Below are positions 42,725 to 54,682 of a DNA stretch of 64,000 nucleotides, piece by piece. A program made the position numbers and the translations under genes. Under the pieces are notes generated by a model. It was not told the DNA's origin. It made no database searches and worked only from the letters and a program-made list of their open reading frames with translations. How positions within the stretch are numbered: the first letter of the stretch is position 1; every line of letters begins with the position of its first letter. Source of the stretch: Cystobasidiomycetes sp. EMM_F5 (lineage: Eukaryota); assembly GCA_051047955.1 (NCBI GenBank), contig JBPGPT010000014.1, forward strand, positions 310,001-374,000, given 5' to 3'.

Positions 42725-43660
42725 TTACTTGCCCTTCTTGGCTGGCTCGGCACCTGTAAAGGAGGGCACAAAGGTTCATCAGCCAGCTGAACGGGCAAAC
42801 AATTGTGAAATGCGCCAAAGTCTCCACGCCTAGGAATGCGGAACGGATCGTTCTGCGCGACGGCAACACATGGCGATGATGACGCATGCTGTCGTCCGTA
42901 GCTGCTGATCGTAACTGATCTCGTATGCCAATCTGGCTTTGGAGACGGACCCGGCGCAATTCCAGTCAACCATAGGTAGCTCACCCTTGACCTTTGCAAT
43001 ACCGCGGAACTTCTTTGACCTGTTCTTGCGCTCCTTTCGAGTTTTCCTGTTGGGCTTCTTGACCTTCTCCGCCATGCCAAACTGAGATTGCGGTGTGCAC
43101 AAGGTTGGAAGGGCTCAAGTTAGATGGGATGCTTTGTCGAGGCTTAGGATGCGGCCGTTCACTGACCTTGACTAATCTGTACTTTGGCTCAAACTTGAGC
43201 GCTTCCTTTGTATCGTAGACGAGGGCGAAGCCTGTGCTCTTTCCACCACCGAACTGGGTCCGGAAGCCAAAGACGATGACTTGGTCCTTGGGCGCCTTGT
43301 ACATGGCCGCTAGCTTATCCCTCAATTCATCCTTGCTGACGTTTGGTCGCGTTGGGTGCAACACATCGACAACGAATTGCTTGCGCGCCAATAGGCGGTT
43401 TGTGATCTATCAAAGCAATTGACGGCATTAGCGTGAGTCTTGAAGCTAGCGGTTTGCCGGGACGGGGACGTGGGCGGCGTGTATCGGTCGTATGCATGAT
43501 ATGGCAGTGTCATTCGTGCAGAGCTGTCTGGCGACTTGGTGATGCTGTCGATGCATGAATGTTCCGGCATGCGACCTCCGCTGGCCCCCAAATCCCATCC
43601 CGGCTAGAAATTCCAACGTACGAATTTGCGTGTGCGGATGGTTACTGCTCCTTCAGACAT
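42725..43660 (-). CDS. RPS24: 40S ribosomal protein eS24
   Basis: [90 protein letters not shown]. Confidence 0.96.
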
Positions 43661-43852
43661 GATTGCAGGGATGTGGTAGCAGCAGCAGCGACTCAGGAGG
43701 GTCAGCGACCTTCAGCGGTTCCGGGAAAAAGGACTTCTGAAATTTTCGATCAGAAAGGAAGGCTGCAGACCCTGCAAGGGAGAGGGAGAGGAGGGAGAGA
43801 GCCATCCCCGAGAAGTGGTAGTCTGTCACCACACCCAGGACACATACTCAAG
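43661..43852. promoter_or_regulatory. Bidirectional promoter region shared by RPS24 and RPL38
   Basis: Only 192 bp separate the two divergent start codons; contains a purine-rich tract GGGGAGAGGGAGAGGAGGGAGAG. Confidence 0.65.
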
Positions 43853-44421
43853 ATGGTCAGTATAACGCACAACTATGCCGTATTATGCTGGGCTCGCTAG
43901 CCGGGATCCTGTCAACAAACCGCAGAAACGCTGATCGATAATTGTGTGAACGCATGCAGCCCCAGGAGATTAAGGACATCAAGCGATTCCTCGAGGTAGC
44001 GAGAAGGAAGGATGCAAAATGTTAGTCGGGGATGCTACAAGTGCTGCTGGACCGGGCCAGTCCAAATTTGCCCAGTCCACCGGCAGCCACTTCGAGGAAG
44101 AGAATCACGTTCTGATGTGTTGCAATTCTGCATTTGCCAAACAGCCGCGAGGATCAAGGTATCCAAGAAGATTCGCAGAAATCCAAACACTGGCTTGACA
44201 TCCACCGTCACTCAAACAAAGTTCAAGCTGAGATGCTCACGGTTCCTGTACACTCTGGTCATGGATGACGCGACAAAGGCCGAGAAGCTCAGGCAATCAT
44301 TACCGCCTAGTCAGTGGAAGCGACGCTGTGGAACGGCGTACGAATGCTGACCATGTCTTCTATTGCAACAGCTTTGACGGTGCAAGACGTGGAGAAGGAG
44401 TCAAAGAAGTCAAAGAAGTAG
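43853..44421 (+). CDS. RPL38: 60S ribosomal protein eL38
   Basis: [73 protein letters not shown]. Confidence 0.95.
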
Positions 44422-45311
44422 AGAGGAGCAATACCGTAGCTTTTCTTTCATCGCATCCCTCTCAACTTCTTCGTTTCCCACCCATGCTCGCATGTTGTCG
44501 TTTTCTGCTGTTCGGGAAAGCGTCGGGGTGTAGTCATGTCGACTTCGATTCGACAATCACACTAACGGGCCAGCGTTGGCATGAACACACGACATGGCTG
44601 ACAGACGCGCTTATTTTCCTGACCTATGTTGACTTCTAATGACAGCTGCAGCGTCGCCGAAGCGCACCTTTGGTACATGTCCGATCATGTTTGGTTGTAA
44701 GCTTTGTCACATCCTTCGGTCAAGGCCCCTGCAGTGAAATCGAATCAACCCCAAACAGCACAACAAAGGTCGGTTCGACCCACAACTTCGTTGATTAAGG
44801 CGGCACGCGCCGCGGGGTGGAAGCCTTTCTCTGTATGCCGAGATTGTGAAGTGCTCTGCGCAGTACATACCCTTTCACATCTGAAGTCGTGTATATCATT
44901 CTCCGTCTCCAATCTCACCATCATGTATCTCAAAGAATTGACGCCTGTACAACAATGACCCAATCTGAACTCTGACAATCTACCACATACTGTAACTATA
45001 CGACTTAACGACGCGGAGTACTACTGCCTACGAAGTACGACCTCACATACCAAGTACAATAGGAGGGCGCCTTTCAAGGCTAAAAAAATTGCAAGGACCG
45101 CTTTGCTGTTCGGAGGCGCTGCAGTAACAAACCCACAACACAGAGCGATACTGCACGCCAGCAACACCCGCTGTATCACTCACACCAAAGCTCTGATTGC
45201 GCAAAGGGTAATATCAGCTTGTCGTGTACCCATATTTGGTGGCCTCGGCAGAGAGCCGCTCCGCAGTCGACATTTCAAGCACATCGTAGCCATTAACGAA
45301 CGCCCGAATGA

Positions 45312-46568
45312 ATGGGGGCAGGGTGTTCCTCAGACGCGGGAGGTGGAGGTGGAGGGTATGGCGAGCAGAGCGGTAATCCCCGGAACAAATCTAGGTCGCA
45401 AGGCGCAGCATCCCAAGGGTACCGTAGACAACCGCCAATGCAGTATCCTGCAGCAGGCGTGTCTATGGGGAGGCCAGGTCCGCACGCCGAAGGCTCGCCA
45501 ATTTGCATAGTGAGTATTGAACGTGGATCTAGATGCTGCGGCCGCTCAGCTCCGCTTAATCGGGAGTCAACAGAGGTGCCCTGCGCGTGCTGTACCAACG
45601 CGCTCGCTGTGTAGGCCATGCATTGAGGCAGGTTGGCGGGTGTGCGCATACCCTGACAATACCAAAGAAAAGGTCAGTGAGACAGCAAGATTTTTTAAAT
45701 GTGGCTCACAGGTCTCGTTCTCTCAGCCCTACCATCTTCTCCCACACCCAGCTACGGCATATCTGCAGAATATATACAACTTGAAGACATTGCTCGAAGT
45801 GAAGCCGGGCGAGAAATGTAATCTTATGGATGCGACCTGCGGGATACGACACTACGTAGGTTTATCTCTCGTACGCAATGAATTCGCTATCAGTCGCGTC
45901 TGATCTGCGAGGCTTTCAGAATGCAGCATTAGAAGATCCGCACTTGAAACAAATGCTGAAGGGCAAGACAAAACGAGCAAGCGAAGCTGTCTCCAGACTC
46001 CGAAATCCAGTGCTGCCCAAGCCGACTTTGGCTCAACTTCTGGATTTACTTGACGGAGGCACCACAATGCAGAATATGCAGGTAATGTCATTGCGTGATC
46101 GATCTGACACGCTCCGTGTCCTGATAGTCAAGAAAATCAGCAGGCACCGTCAATGAACCCTAGCCGCACACAGGTCATCGCTCAGCCTCCTGCATCTGTT
46201 ACATCCTCAAGTCACCACGGTCACCGCAAGGGATCCGTAGTAGGTTTCGCAATATTGCCAAAGACCGGTTTCTAACGCTTTGAGCGCAAACTCAGGCTGC
46301 TAAATCGACCGCATATTCGCAAACGCAACCTTTTGATCAGCAACCTTATAGCATGAAGAATGACTCTGGAGTAGCACTCAGTTCGTACGGCGGCAGTAAT
46401 GGACGTAAAGGATCCGTGGCGAGCAGTGCTGGCACTATGCATATGGGCAACCGGCGCTTTAATGGAAACTCAAGCCAGAGCTCAGTCACACTTGTGGCCA
46501 ATAGTATGAAAGGTGCCAACTACAACGCGAAACAGCTGCCCGCACCTCCGCAGGCGCGCCTGCGCTGA
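45312..46568 (+). CDS. Hypothetical multi-exon protein with predicted N-terminal lipidation (MGAGCSS); 3' end uncertain
   Basis: A series of short open exons bounded by GT..AG that can be joined in frame. No recognisable domain. Confidence 0.45.
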
Positions 46569-48471
46569 TGCTGAAATGTTAGGGCGAAAGAGCCGAATCG
46601 GGCACATCTTGTATATCACATCCTATGGGCTAATAGAGACTGTTGTAGATCTGCATCAATCTCCGGTATGGAATGAGCTTGATGATTACGCAAGTTTTGC
46701 ACCCCCCTTGCGCCACTCGCGGAAAGTGACCAAAGCGCAATAATGCACTAAGTTGAGGGGATGAGGTAGCCTTATGCCTTGCATGCATCAGTGGTTGGCC
46801 TTTCTCCAACTTCGCCTTGTCTGACGAAGCCGGACACGGTGTTGATATGGCAGTCTCAAGCAGCCCCTCCCAAAGCGCCAGGCGAAAACATTCCAAAAGC
46901 CATCGAACCACAGTATCAGCCAAAGGTTGCCGGACTTTCGACGAAACTTCGCGCCATTCAGCTGAGTTCCTTTATGAATAGCGGGCTTGCTGTTTCCCGT
47001 GATGCGGGTCAAGCGGCAGATGAAGGCCGTGAGAGGCAGCCAGCTGTACGAAAGATATGACAATTGTTGACGTTAACATAGCATACCAAAAGCAAGCGCA
47101 TCGGCACTGGTGCTGCTGGTAAGCTCCTACAGTCAAACTTGGTGACGAGAATCGCATCAACGGTCGATTGAACTATCAAATACAGTGTACCTCGCTGCAG
47201 TTTTAGAGTGTAAGGCAATCAAAGTACGCGTGGACGATGAATATGACAAGTCTTGTGAGCAGATCTGTGCGCCGAGATACTGGAGCTATCAGGAAATGCC
47301 GCACGTCAGAATCATGCCAAACGGATAGGGTGGGTAAAGGCATGTTCGAGAGACGATAAGACACTGAGAGAGTCAAGAGATATAGACCACGTCATCTCGT
47401 TCTAGCCATCAGAACAGATAAAGAATTCGACCAGCTCGTCGGCGCGGCGGTCATCAGAGAAGGTGGTAGGTGAACATTTGCTTTGCGCTTGTACTGCCAA
47501 TGTGACAGGAACATATGCGTGACAGGCATTCTGCCGCAGTGAGCATTTCGAAGAGACTCTGCCTGGCTGTGAACTGAAATTGTCACTGCCCACAGCATTC
47601 ATCCCATTCTGCTGCCAAAGAGGGACGATGCATAATGAACAGACTAATCTCACAATTCGTACGGGCAAGGCTGAGTGTGTTGCTGGATCGTGGACCTAGA
47701 TCAGTCAGAATGTGAGCGGGACCCACGTAACGGGAGGATGGGCATGATGGAGACCAGAGACCAGAGCGCGACGGAATTGTGTAAATGCACACATGTTACG
47801 AGAGCTTACGGGCGTGCAGTATCTTACCCAGCGGAACTCTGGCACTTCGAACCATCCCCCATGTCATTTAGAGACTCGGAGGTCCTTGAAGCTTGGGCTT
47901 GAGTTGACAAGCAAAACTGCGGTTCACATATCAATGCCAGTGCGGGCAGCAGCGTGCAAGACTTGACGCGTGCTCCGCGCTCCAGATGGCTTCGCGTACA
48001 TTCGTTGTCAAGGCCATCCCGAAGAAGCGAATCCCAGCTCCATACAATGGGCGACGCAACCAGCGTGAACTGACACCAAGCAGTGCTTGAGTGCTGCGGC
48101 CACCTTGGCGACTGGCACTTTGGCTCGTCCAGGGTTGTGATGCGTCCAGCTGTCCAGCATGCCTTGACGCGTCGAAAAGCCACAAAAGCTGGCATGTGGC
48201 TGCGAGCCTCACAAAATAGATAACTTAGCAGGGAACTCTTGAATGCCAAAACAATTCCGAAGGACCACTAACGTGCAGCAGGACTGCATCTGATTGCTAA
48301 TCTACCAACTCCCACCTTTCGCTGCTGTACTTTCTGCCAATCTGAAAATACTCGGTCTGTGACGCAGGTAGTCGCAGCTGAAAAGCACTCTCCTTCTGGT
48401 AGCATTACAAGCTTGGCGAATCACACTCTTTCAATCAGTATCCGACTGCCACCCACTTTTACGTATTCGGA

Positions 48472-49959
48472 ATGCTATCGGCAGCCATTGTCGTTTTGAG
48501 TCTTCTCGCCACTACAGAAGCCTTCAGCGGTGGCAGCGCTCATCATGCTCGAATGTCAAGGGAGAAGCGCGCAGGAGCCGCTGGAGACAATGCAGGAAAC
48601 CCTTGCAGACGCTTGGATGGCTCATCGTCATCCCTCTCCTCTCGCGGAATCACCATTGTCTCGAGCGACCGCATTCCCCTCAAATGGTCATCCTCATCCT
48701 CATCATCCTCCTCCAGCAGCGGAAGCAGCAGTAATGGCAAAATTGTAGTCCTCGACAGTTCTTCCTCCAACGTTTCTCCAGTCTTTTCTGCCAACCTCGC
48801 ATCGTCTGTTTCATCCACGTCGTCTTCCGCGCCAGCAGCGCCTAGCTTCGCAGCAGCCTATATCGCCCCTGGCTCCAGCAGTGGCATGAAAGCCGTACAG
48901 TCTTGGTCTGGAAATGATGTGCGTAGCTAGTACCTGTGATTTGACCCGTATAGGTTGACCCAAAGGTTACAGTTCCTGAGCTGGACTTTCTTTCATTATG
49001 CCGATCCCACACATGGGAACGTGAATTACGTGTCCAAAGACGTGGCACAATCCTCAAACCTGGTCGGTCTCAATAACGGACAATTCCAGATGTCGATAGC
49101 TGGCGGGGCTCCCGTCAACGGCAGTCGGAATTCTGTCAGAATAAGTTCGCCAGCGAACTGGAAGAAAGGCCAACTTCTCGTTGGAGACTTTGCACATCTT
49201 CCAGAAGGCTGTGGTACTTGGCCAGCATTTTGGTCAATTGGCGCCAAGCGCGCGTGGCCAGCTGGCGGCGAGATTGATATTCTGGAAGGAGTTAATAGCT
49301 CTCCAGGTAACACTTATACCCTGCACACTACAGCGGGATGCTCAGCTACAAATTCGGCCGGCGCATCTACCATGCTCTTGACCAAGGATTGCCAGTATCA
49401 GCCCGGCTGCTCTTACAAGGACACAGACGCAAAGTCGTATGGACCTGTATGTATCTTGCGCTTCTTATATAACGACGGCTTTGCTTAACCTCCGTGACCA
49501 GTCATTCAACCAAGCAGGCGGCGGAGTATACGCTGCATTCTTTGATGATTCTGGCATTAAGGTGGGAGGCTTTGCTCTATTCAACAAGGAGGAAGCGCTA
49601 ATGTATATGGTTGTAGATTTGGTTCTGGAGTCGCGCAAACGTACCTGCAAGCGTCAGTGCTGGCTCACCAGACATGTCAACTTTCGGCAATCCCAAAGCT
49701 GCATGGTCTTCCTCCTCATGCACACTTGATCAATTCTTCGATGCTGAGCAAATGATTATGTAAGTCACTACCCTGCGACCGCGTACACCTATGCTGACTG
49801 CAATATTCATTCAGTATCAATACTACGTTGATGGGTGATTGGGCTGGTGCAACCTTCTGGGACAACGGCTGCACAGGGACGTTAGCCGATGCCATGAACA
49901 ATGCCAACAATGTAGCCAATGCGTACTGGCTCATCAATTCTGTCAAGATTTACCAATAG
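48472..49959 (+). CDS. Secreted GH16 endo-1,3(4)-beta-glucanase (fungal laminarinase-like)
   Basis: Signal peptide MLSAAIVVLSLLATTEA, Ser-rich linker, DPTHGNVNYV, RNSVRISS, GCGTWPAFW, catalytic GEIDILEG, FNQAGGGVYA, AYWLINSVKIYQ*. Confidence 0.92.
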
Positions 49960-50127
49960 ACTTGTCAACCCGTATCGGCCATTTGTCTTAGAGACTGTAT
50001 GTAGCAGCAGACCTTAATCTTCTTCCTTGAAAGACGCTCAGATTGCACATGCTTTACTTTGGTTGCTAATTTTGCTAGAGAATCTGCTACACTTCGTGTC
50101 TATGTATAGTTTATGTACATTGACAAC

Positions 50128-52583
50128 CTAGGCGCTCGGAGCCGCTTTTTTACCGCGATGTTCTCTCGAAATATCGGCCAAGGTCGTTTCAGAGTTGGAT
50201 CGGTCAGGCGCAGTCGACTCTGGCGGCGGGAAATCGTCCACTTCGTGCATTGCGTTCTCTCGCGTAATCTCTGCGTCCGAGGGTTGTGCACCTTCCTTCG
50301 TAGCTGCAGTCTCCTTCTCCGCTCCGCCACCTGACATCTGCGCCATGAGCTCGTCCGCCTTCCGAGTATATTTGCACTTGCTGCGGACTGCAGCACCATA
50401 CTTGTAGAATACAAAGGGGAATGGTAGGCAAGCCAGAGCCAGGAATCCGGGGACGGCTGCACCCCAGTGAATGCCTAGATTGTGAAACAGTGCAGGCGTA
50501 AACAGAGGAAAGGCGGCGCCAAAAAGGGATCTGAGGACGGAATTTGAGGCGAGCACGCTAGCTGCATATACCGTATAGCCTAATGAAAATGATTTTAGCA
50601 TGGGCGTCAATAGATAGACACTCATACTTACAATCAATGAGGTAATTCATCATGGATAAGAACACCAGCAGCATGCCGAATCCAAACGGAGCGCCGGCCA
50701 TTATAGACACTATCCAGTGCACAGACGGTCCGTCACTAGCGGCAACTGTGAACACGTGTCAGGTGATTTGACTACTATCCAATTGATTGCTCTTTGCTTA
50801 CACCAAGCCAGACCAATCACTAGCATGACAGCTCCGAGCATCGAAGGCGGCAGCCGCGCCTCCGCTGGTGCCTTTCCACCGTGACGATCGACTGCTTTTA
50901 TGTACCGAGGATTATCGTAGAAGCTGTGTTGCCCTACTGTCAGTAATTGAAGACCGGCCTGCACGTGCGTCTGACTACTTGCATCGTATATGAGACACCT
51001 AGCAGCACTGTGAATGTCGCTCTATCAGTTTGCAGAGATGCTCAAACAGTCTTCAAGACTCACTACCAACTAAAACACCCAAGAATGCTAACCCTCCAAC
51101 CCCGGCGTTCCAGCCGCGGCCTTGCTGATATACGACTGCACGATATCACATTATGGTCAGCTGCATCACTTCTTGGCCGGATGACACGTACTAGGGAATG
51201 CGCTAAAAAGCATGTACAGAGTGCCATAGACTATGGCCATGTACAGTGAAATGATTATGACTATAGGTTCCTGAAATAGTAGAACCCAAGGCCGGCTTAG
51301 GCTTGTTTTGAATAGCTGCTTGATAACCAAGGGCTTCTGGGCGTCCATGACGGCACGATAATTCTTCCCAGTAACAGTGCTGAGATGTTTAGCTCGATCA
51401 CGAAGCAGTGCTGGAGCATACGTTTCCGGCTGAAGAAAATAGCATTAGATGCTATACATTTGGCTCAAGCCGCATAAATGCGATAACACATACCACTGGA
51501 GGACGCGATAGAAGCAAAATAAGGCTCAGCAGAAGTATATATACGTTGTCAAGGGTTTGCTCACCGAAGAGAAAAGCGGCCACTGTGAGAACGCCAGAAA
51601 ACAGCGCCAAGAAGCCCTGAACCCATCTCCAGCCTCCGCTGATGCCGAGGAAGCCTCCCGAGATTGGTCCGACTCCATAGAGGGCAAGAAACAGAAAGAG
51701 GAAAAGGGCGATGTCAGAGAAAACGCTACCATCACGCTGAAACGAGCCCGAGTGGTGCTGCGGAAGGCTAGGAATACGGAGGCTCACGAGAAGGTCCAAG
51801 GAAGGGCGCTGCGGCGAAAATGGCAACTGCCAGTCCTCTTTGCTTCGCTGAAAACATGTCACTGATAGTTCCTCCAGAATTCGTCAATGGCGAGCTGCCG
51901 AACGCGCCAGCGAGAAAGCGGAATACGATTAAGCTAGCCATGTTGGGACTAGCGCAGGCAACGCCGTTCCAGAGAGTAAACATGGCATATGAGACCAGCA
52001 GAACTGGTCTCCGCCCGTAGATTTCGGAGATTGGCGCCCAGCCCAGAGGTCCTAGAGCGAAGCCCAGTACAAATAGAGATACACCCAGAGTCGCTACAAT
52101 CGTTGATGGTGCGAAATCTTCTTCGATTGATTCGATAGCCCCGGAATACGCGCTACTAGCCAATGCGACAGCCTATCGTCAAGTGATGTAAATTCAATTA
52201 ACACAGCAAGCAGCGAGGCAGTGCTACAGCCTACCAGAGTGATTACAGCAACAAGCATAGTAACGGTCCACTTGTATGCATTGCCAAACGTTTGAGGATT
52301 TGCGGGGTCGTCTGGAAGCCAGGTCACAACGAACGGCTTTTCGGGCGTTCCTTCACCGCGATAGTCCTGTGAGTAGTTATGATGAACACATAAGCAATCG
52401 TTTCCAGCCAGAAAGCCAGACCGTCCGGCTCACCTGCATCAAGTATGCTGAGAACGGCACCGAGCGAATTCGCCAGGGTCTTCTCTTCTTGGTGTGTCTG
52501 TCAGGATCCTCGATAGTAGCTGCTACTGCCATAGACGTGGTGCGGCGGGGGAGCCTGCCTCCAGCTCGCTTTTCCGGATCCAT
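50128..52583 (-). CDS. MFS drug:H+ antiporter, DHA1 family (Tpo/Flu1-like)
   Basis: WLPDDPANPQTF..KW, ATLGVSLFVLGFALGPLGWAPISEIYGRRPV, FRFLAGAFGSSPLTNSGGTISDMF, PETY, EPIV, PAEARLPP, YAASVLASNSVLRSLFGAAFPLF. Confidence 0.92.
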
Positions 52584-52906
52584 GACCGGCGTATTGCACA
52601 AGGAGAAGATGCCGAATCAAAGCGGGTGGCGAATTGAAAGAGGGCGTATAAAGTGGATGGGCAGCAGGCAGAGGTAAGAGAGGGAAAGCAGAGTTCGAAT
52701 GATAGTCGGCAAAGGATTCGGTGAGCTTTCAAGAGGCGCGAGCGCGAGGCGAATCAATTTTAGCGTACTCCCATCTGATGACCGACGGCCGATTTGTCAA
52801 AGCCCGTCGGATATAGGCACCGAGGTAACGACGAGTGAGGAGGTAAGATGGGTTACACGCCGAGAGTATTGTAACGACAAAGACAGTATGGATTACAACA
52901 CAATCA

Positions 52907-54332
52907 TCATGCCTGGAAAGCTAAGCCGAATCGCTTGGCTTCTGCCATTCCTCCACCTGCGTAGCCTGTTCCTTCTCGTTGCAGAGCAATTATGGGGTGT
53001 TTGGCAGTAGGAACCAGCTTGACTTCGCAGTGTGCGCATTGCATAGGACTGCTGGGACGCACGAGGGTATCAATGCAAGTTCCCTGCGCATTGCCGTCAG
53101 CACGAGTGTAGTATCGCTCGCGTGTGGGCAACCTACACATAAAACGTGTCCACAAGGTTTCAATGCTTCAAAGTTGCTGAATTAGCTGGTTTGCTTCTGA
53201 GCGTCAACGACCTGACTTACCGTAGCTTAGGACGTTATTTGACAGAGTCCTTCGGCAGGTGGGACAAGTATACTCGACATCAGAGGTAGCCGGGGTCGCT
53301 GCGGTGCCTGTAGCTTCGTTTGTTCGATGGAAGTTGATGATCGTCAAGCTTTTGAGACTGCAAGTATCCAGGTATATTAGTAGCACGTTTACGGTTACTA
53401 CAGACAGACCCGCTCACCTGACAGGATGGGCTGGATCGCTAGCGTGGCACAAAGTCTGAAGCTTGACCTCTGTCAACTTAGTTGGTGCCGCATCTGGAGT
53501 CAAGCTTGGCTGTTCACAGACGCATATGTCAAGAAGGAGGGACGCGACCACTTCTCGGTCAGAATAAACAGACGCACTAGCCAGAAATTTGGCAATTTTG
53601 CCTTGCGCTTTTCGGCCTGTTCCCGCTCGATGTCACGCACTGCCTGCTCTTCTTGCTCGTCCGCTAGCCTATTAATCTCGTCGTCGTCCAGCTCAAACTT
53701 TCGCTTCCTTCCTCGGTCGGTCACGGCGGCGGAGACTGTGGCAGAGCCTGCGCCACGAATGGCATTGTTTGAGACGGCTTTGGCAGACAGCGCCGTACCA
53801 GATTGTAGACGCTCGAAGTCTTGTAAGACACGTTCTCTTGCCTTTTGCTTGACGAGCTGCCTCTCTTGCTCCTCCTCCTCTCGCATCTTGTCGAGCAGTA
53901 TTTGCTGCCGTTTGATCTCCTTCTTTTGCGCGAGCAGGGACTTTACGATACACTCCTGGTCATAGTCATCCGTCAGTAATCCACATATCATATGATAGTC
54001 AGGACTTGTCAACATACTTGACAGAAAATGTGGCCGTCATCACACATCCTCGCATCCCTTGCTTTTTGCAGACACAGCGCGCATGCGTCGAAGTTGCGCA
54101 TAGAGTCACGACCAAGTCGCTGCTTCTTGCTGCCATACTGAGTAACTTGCCGCTCATGATAGCTGAAGACGGGCTGTGATGTCGCGAAACAAGATCAGTC
54201 TCATCCGGATAGATGGTTTCGACGACTGACAGCCGCAGTCCGATTCTACCCGCAACGGCAACGCAAAGGGTTCAATCAGCGCTAGAAATGACCTCAAGAT
54301 GACAGCATTCGCACCTTGCTATGTTTAGTCAT
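52907..54332 (-). CDS. NOSIP-like RING/U-box spliceosome-associated protein
   Basis: MTKHSK|NRTAA|PVFSYHER..YGSKKQRLGRDSMRNFDACALCLQ..GHIFC|ECI, LPNFWL|PSLTP, YTCPTCRRTLSN, LKPCGHVLC..C..C..C, REGTGYAGGG. Confidence 0.85.
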
Positions 54333-54682
54333 CGCGGTTGGCGACCTGGCTACCGGCAAACGCTATTCAGGGCGTATGAAATCCCCAGTTCATGCACAAA
54401 AGCTCAGCACGCTTGTGTATATGTTCCGTGTGAACATTTCTCGCGCTATAAACAACAACAAGAAACATCGAAAGCTGTTGCACTCCGCCCGTGCTCCCCC
54501 ATTGCGGAGGAGCGCCTCCATGCACATCAGACACATTTACGGTGTCTAGAGTCGGCCGACGAACACGACGGAGCATTTTCTAACTCGTCTGCATCGTACT
54601 GATGGCCCATTGACTGATGAGGCCGTGTGTCGACCTCCCTACTGCTAGCTTGCATACTATATGTAAATTGAGCACTTCCCCC

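Noticed and set aside
44710..44790. tRNA-like fragments (TCGGTCAAGGC ... GGTTCGACCC)
   Set aside because: No 5-bp T-stem, anticodon stem or acceptor stem can be formed around them.
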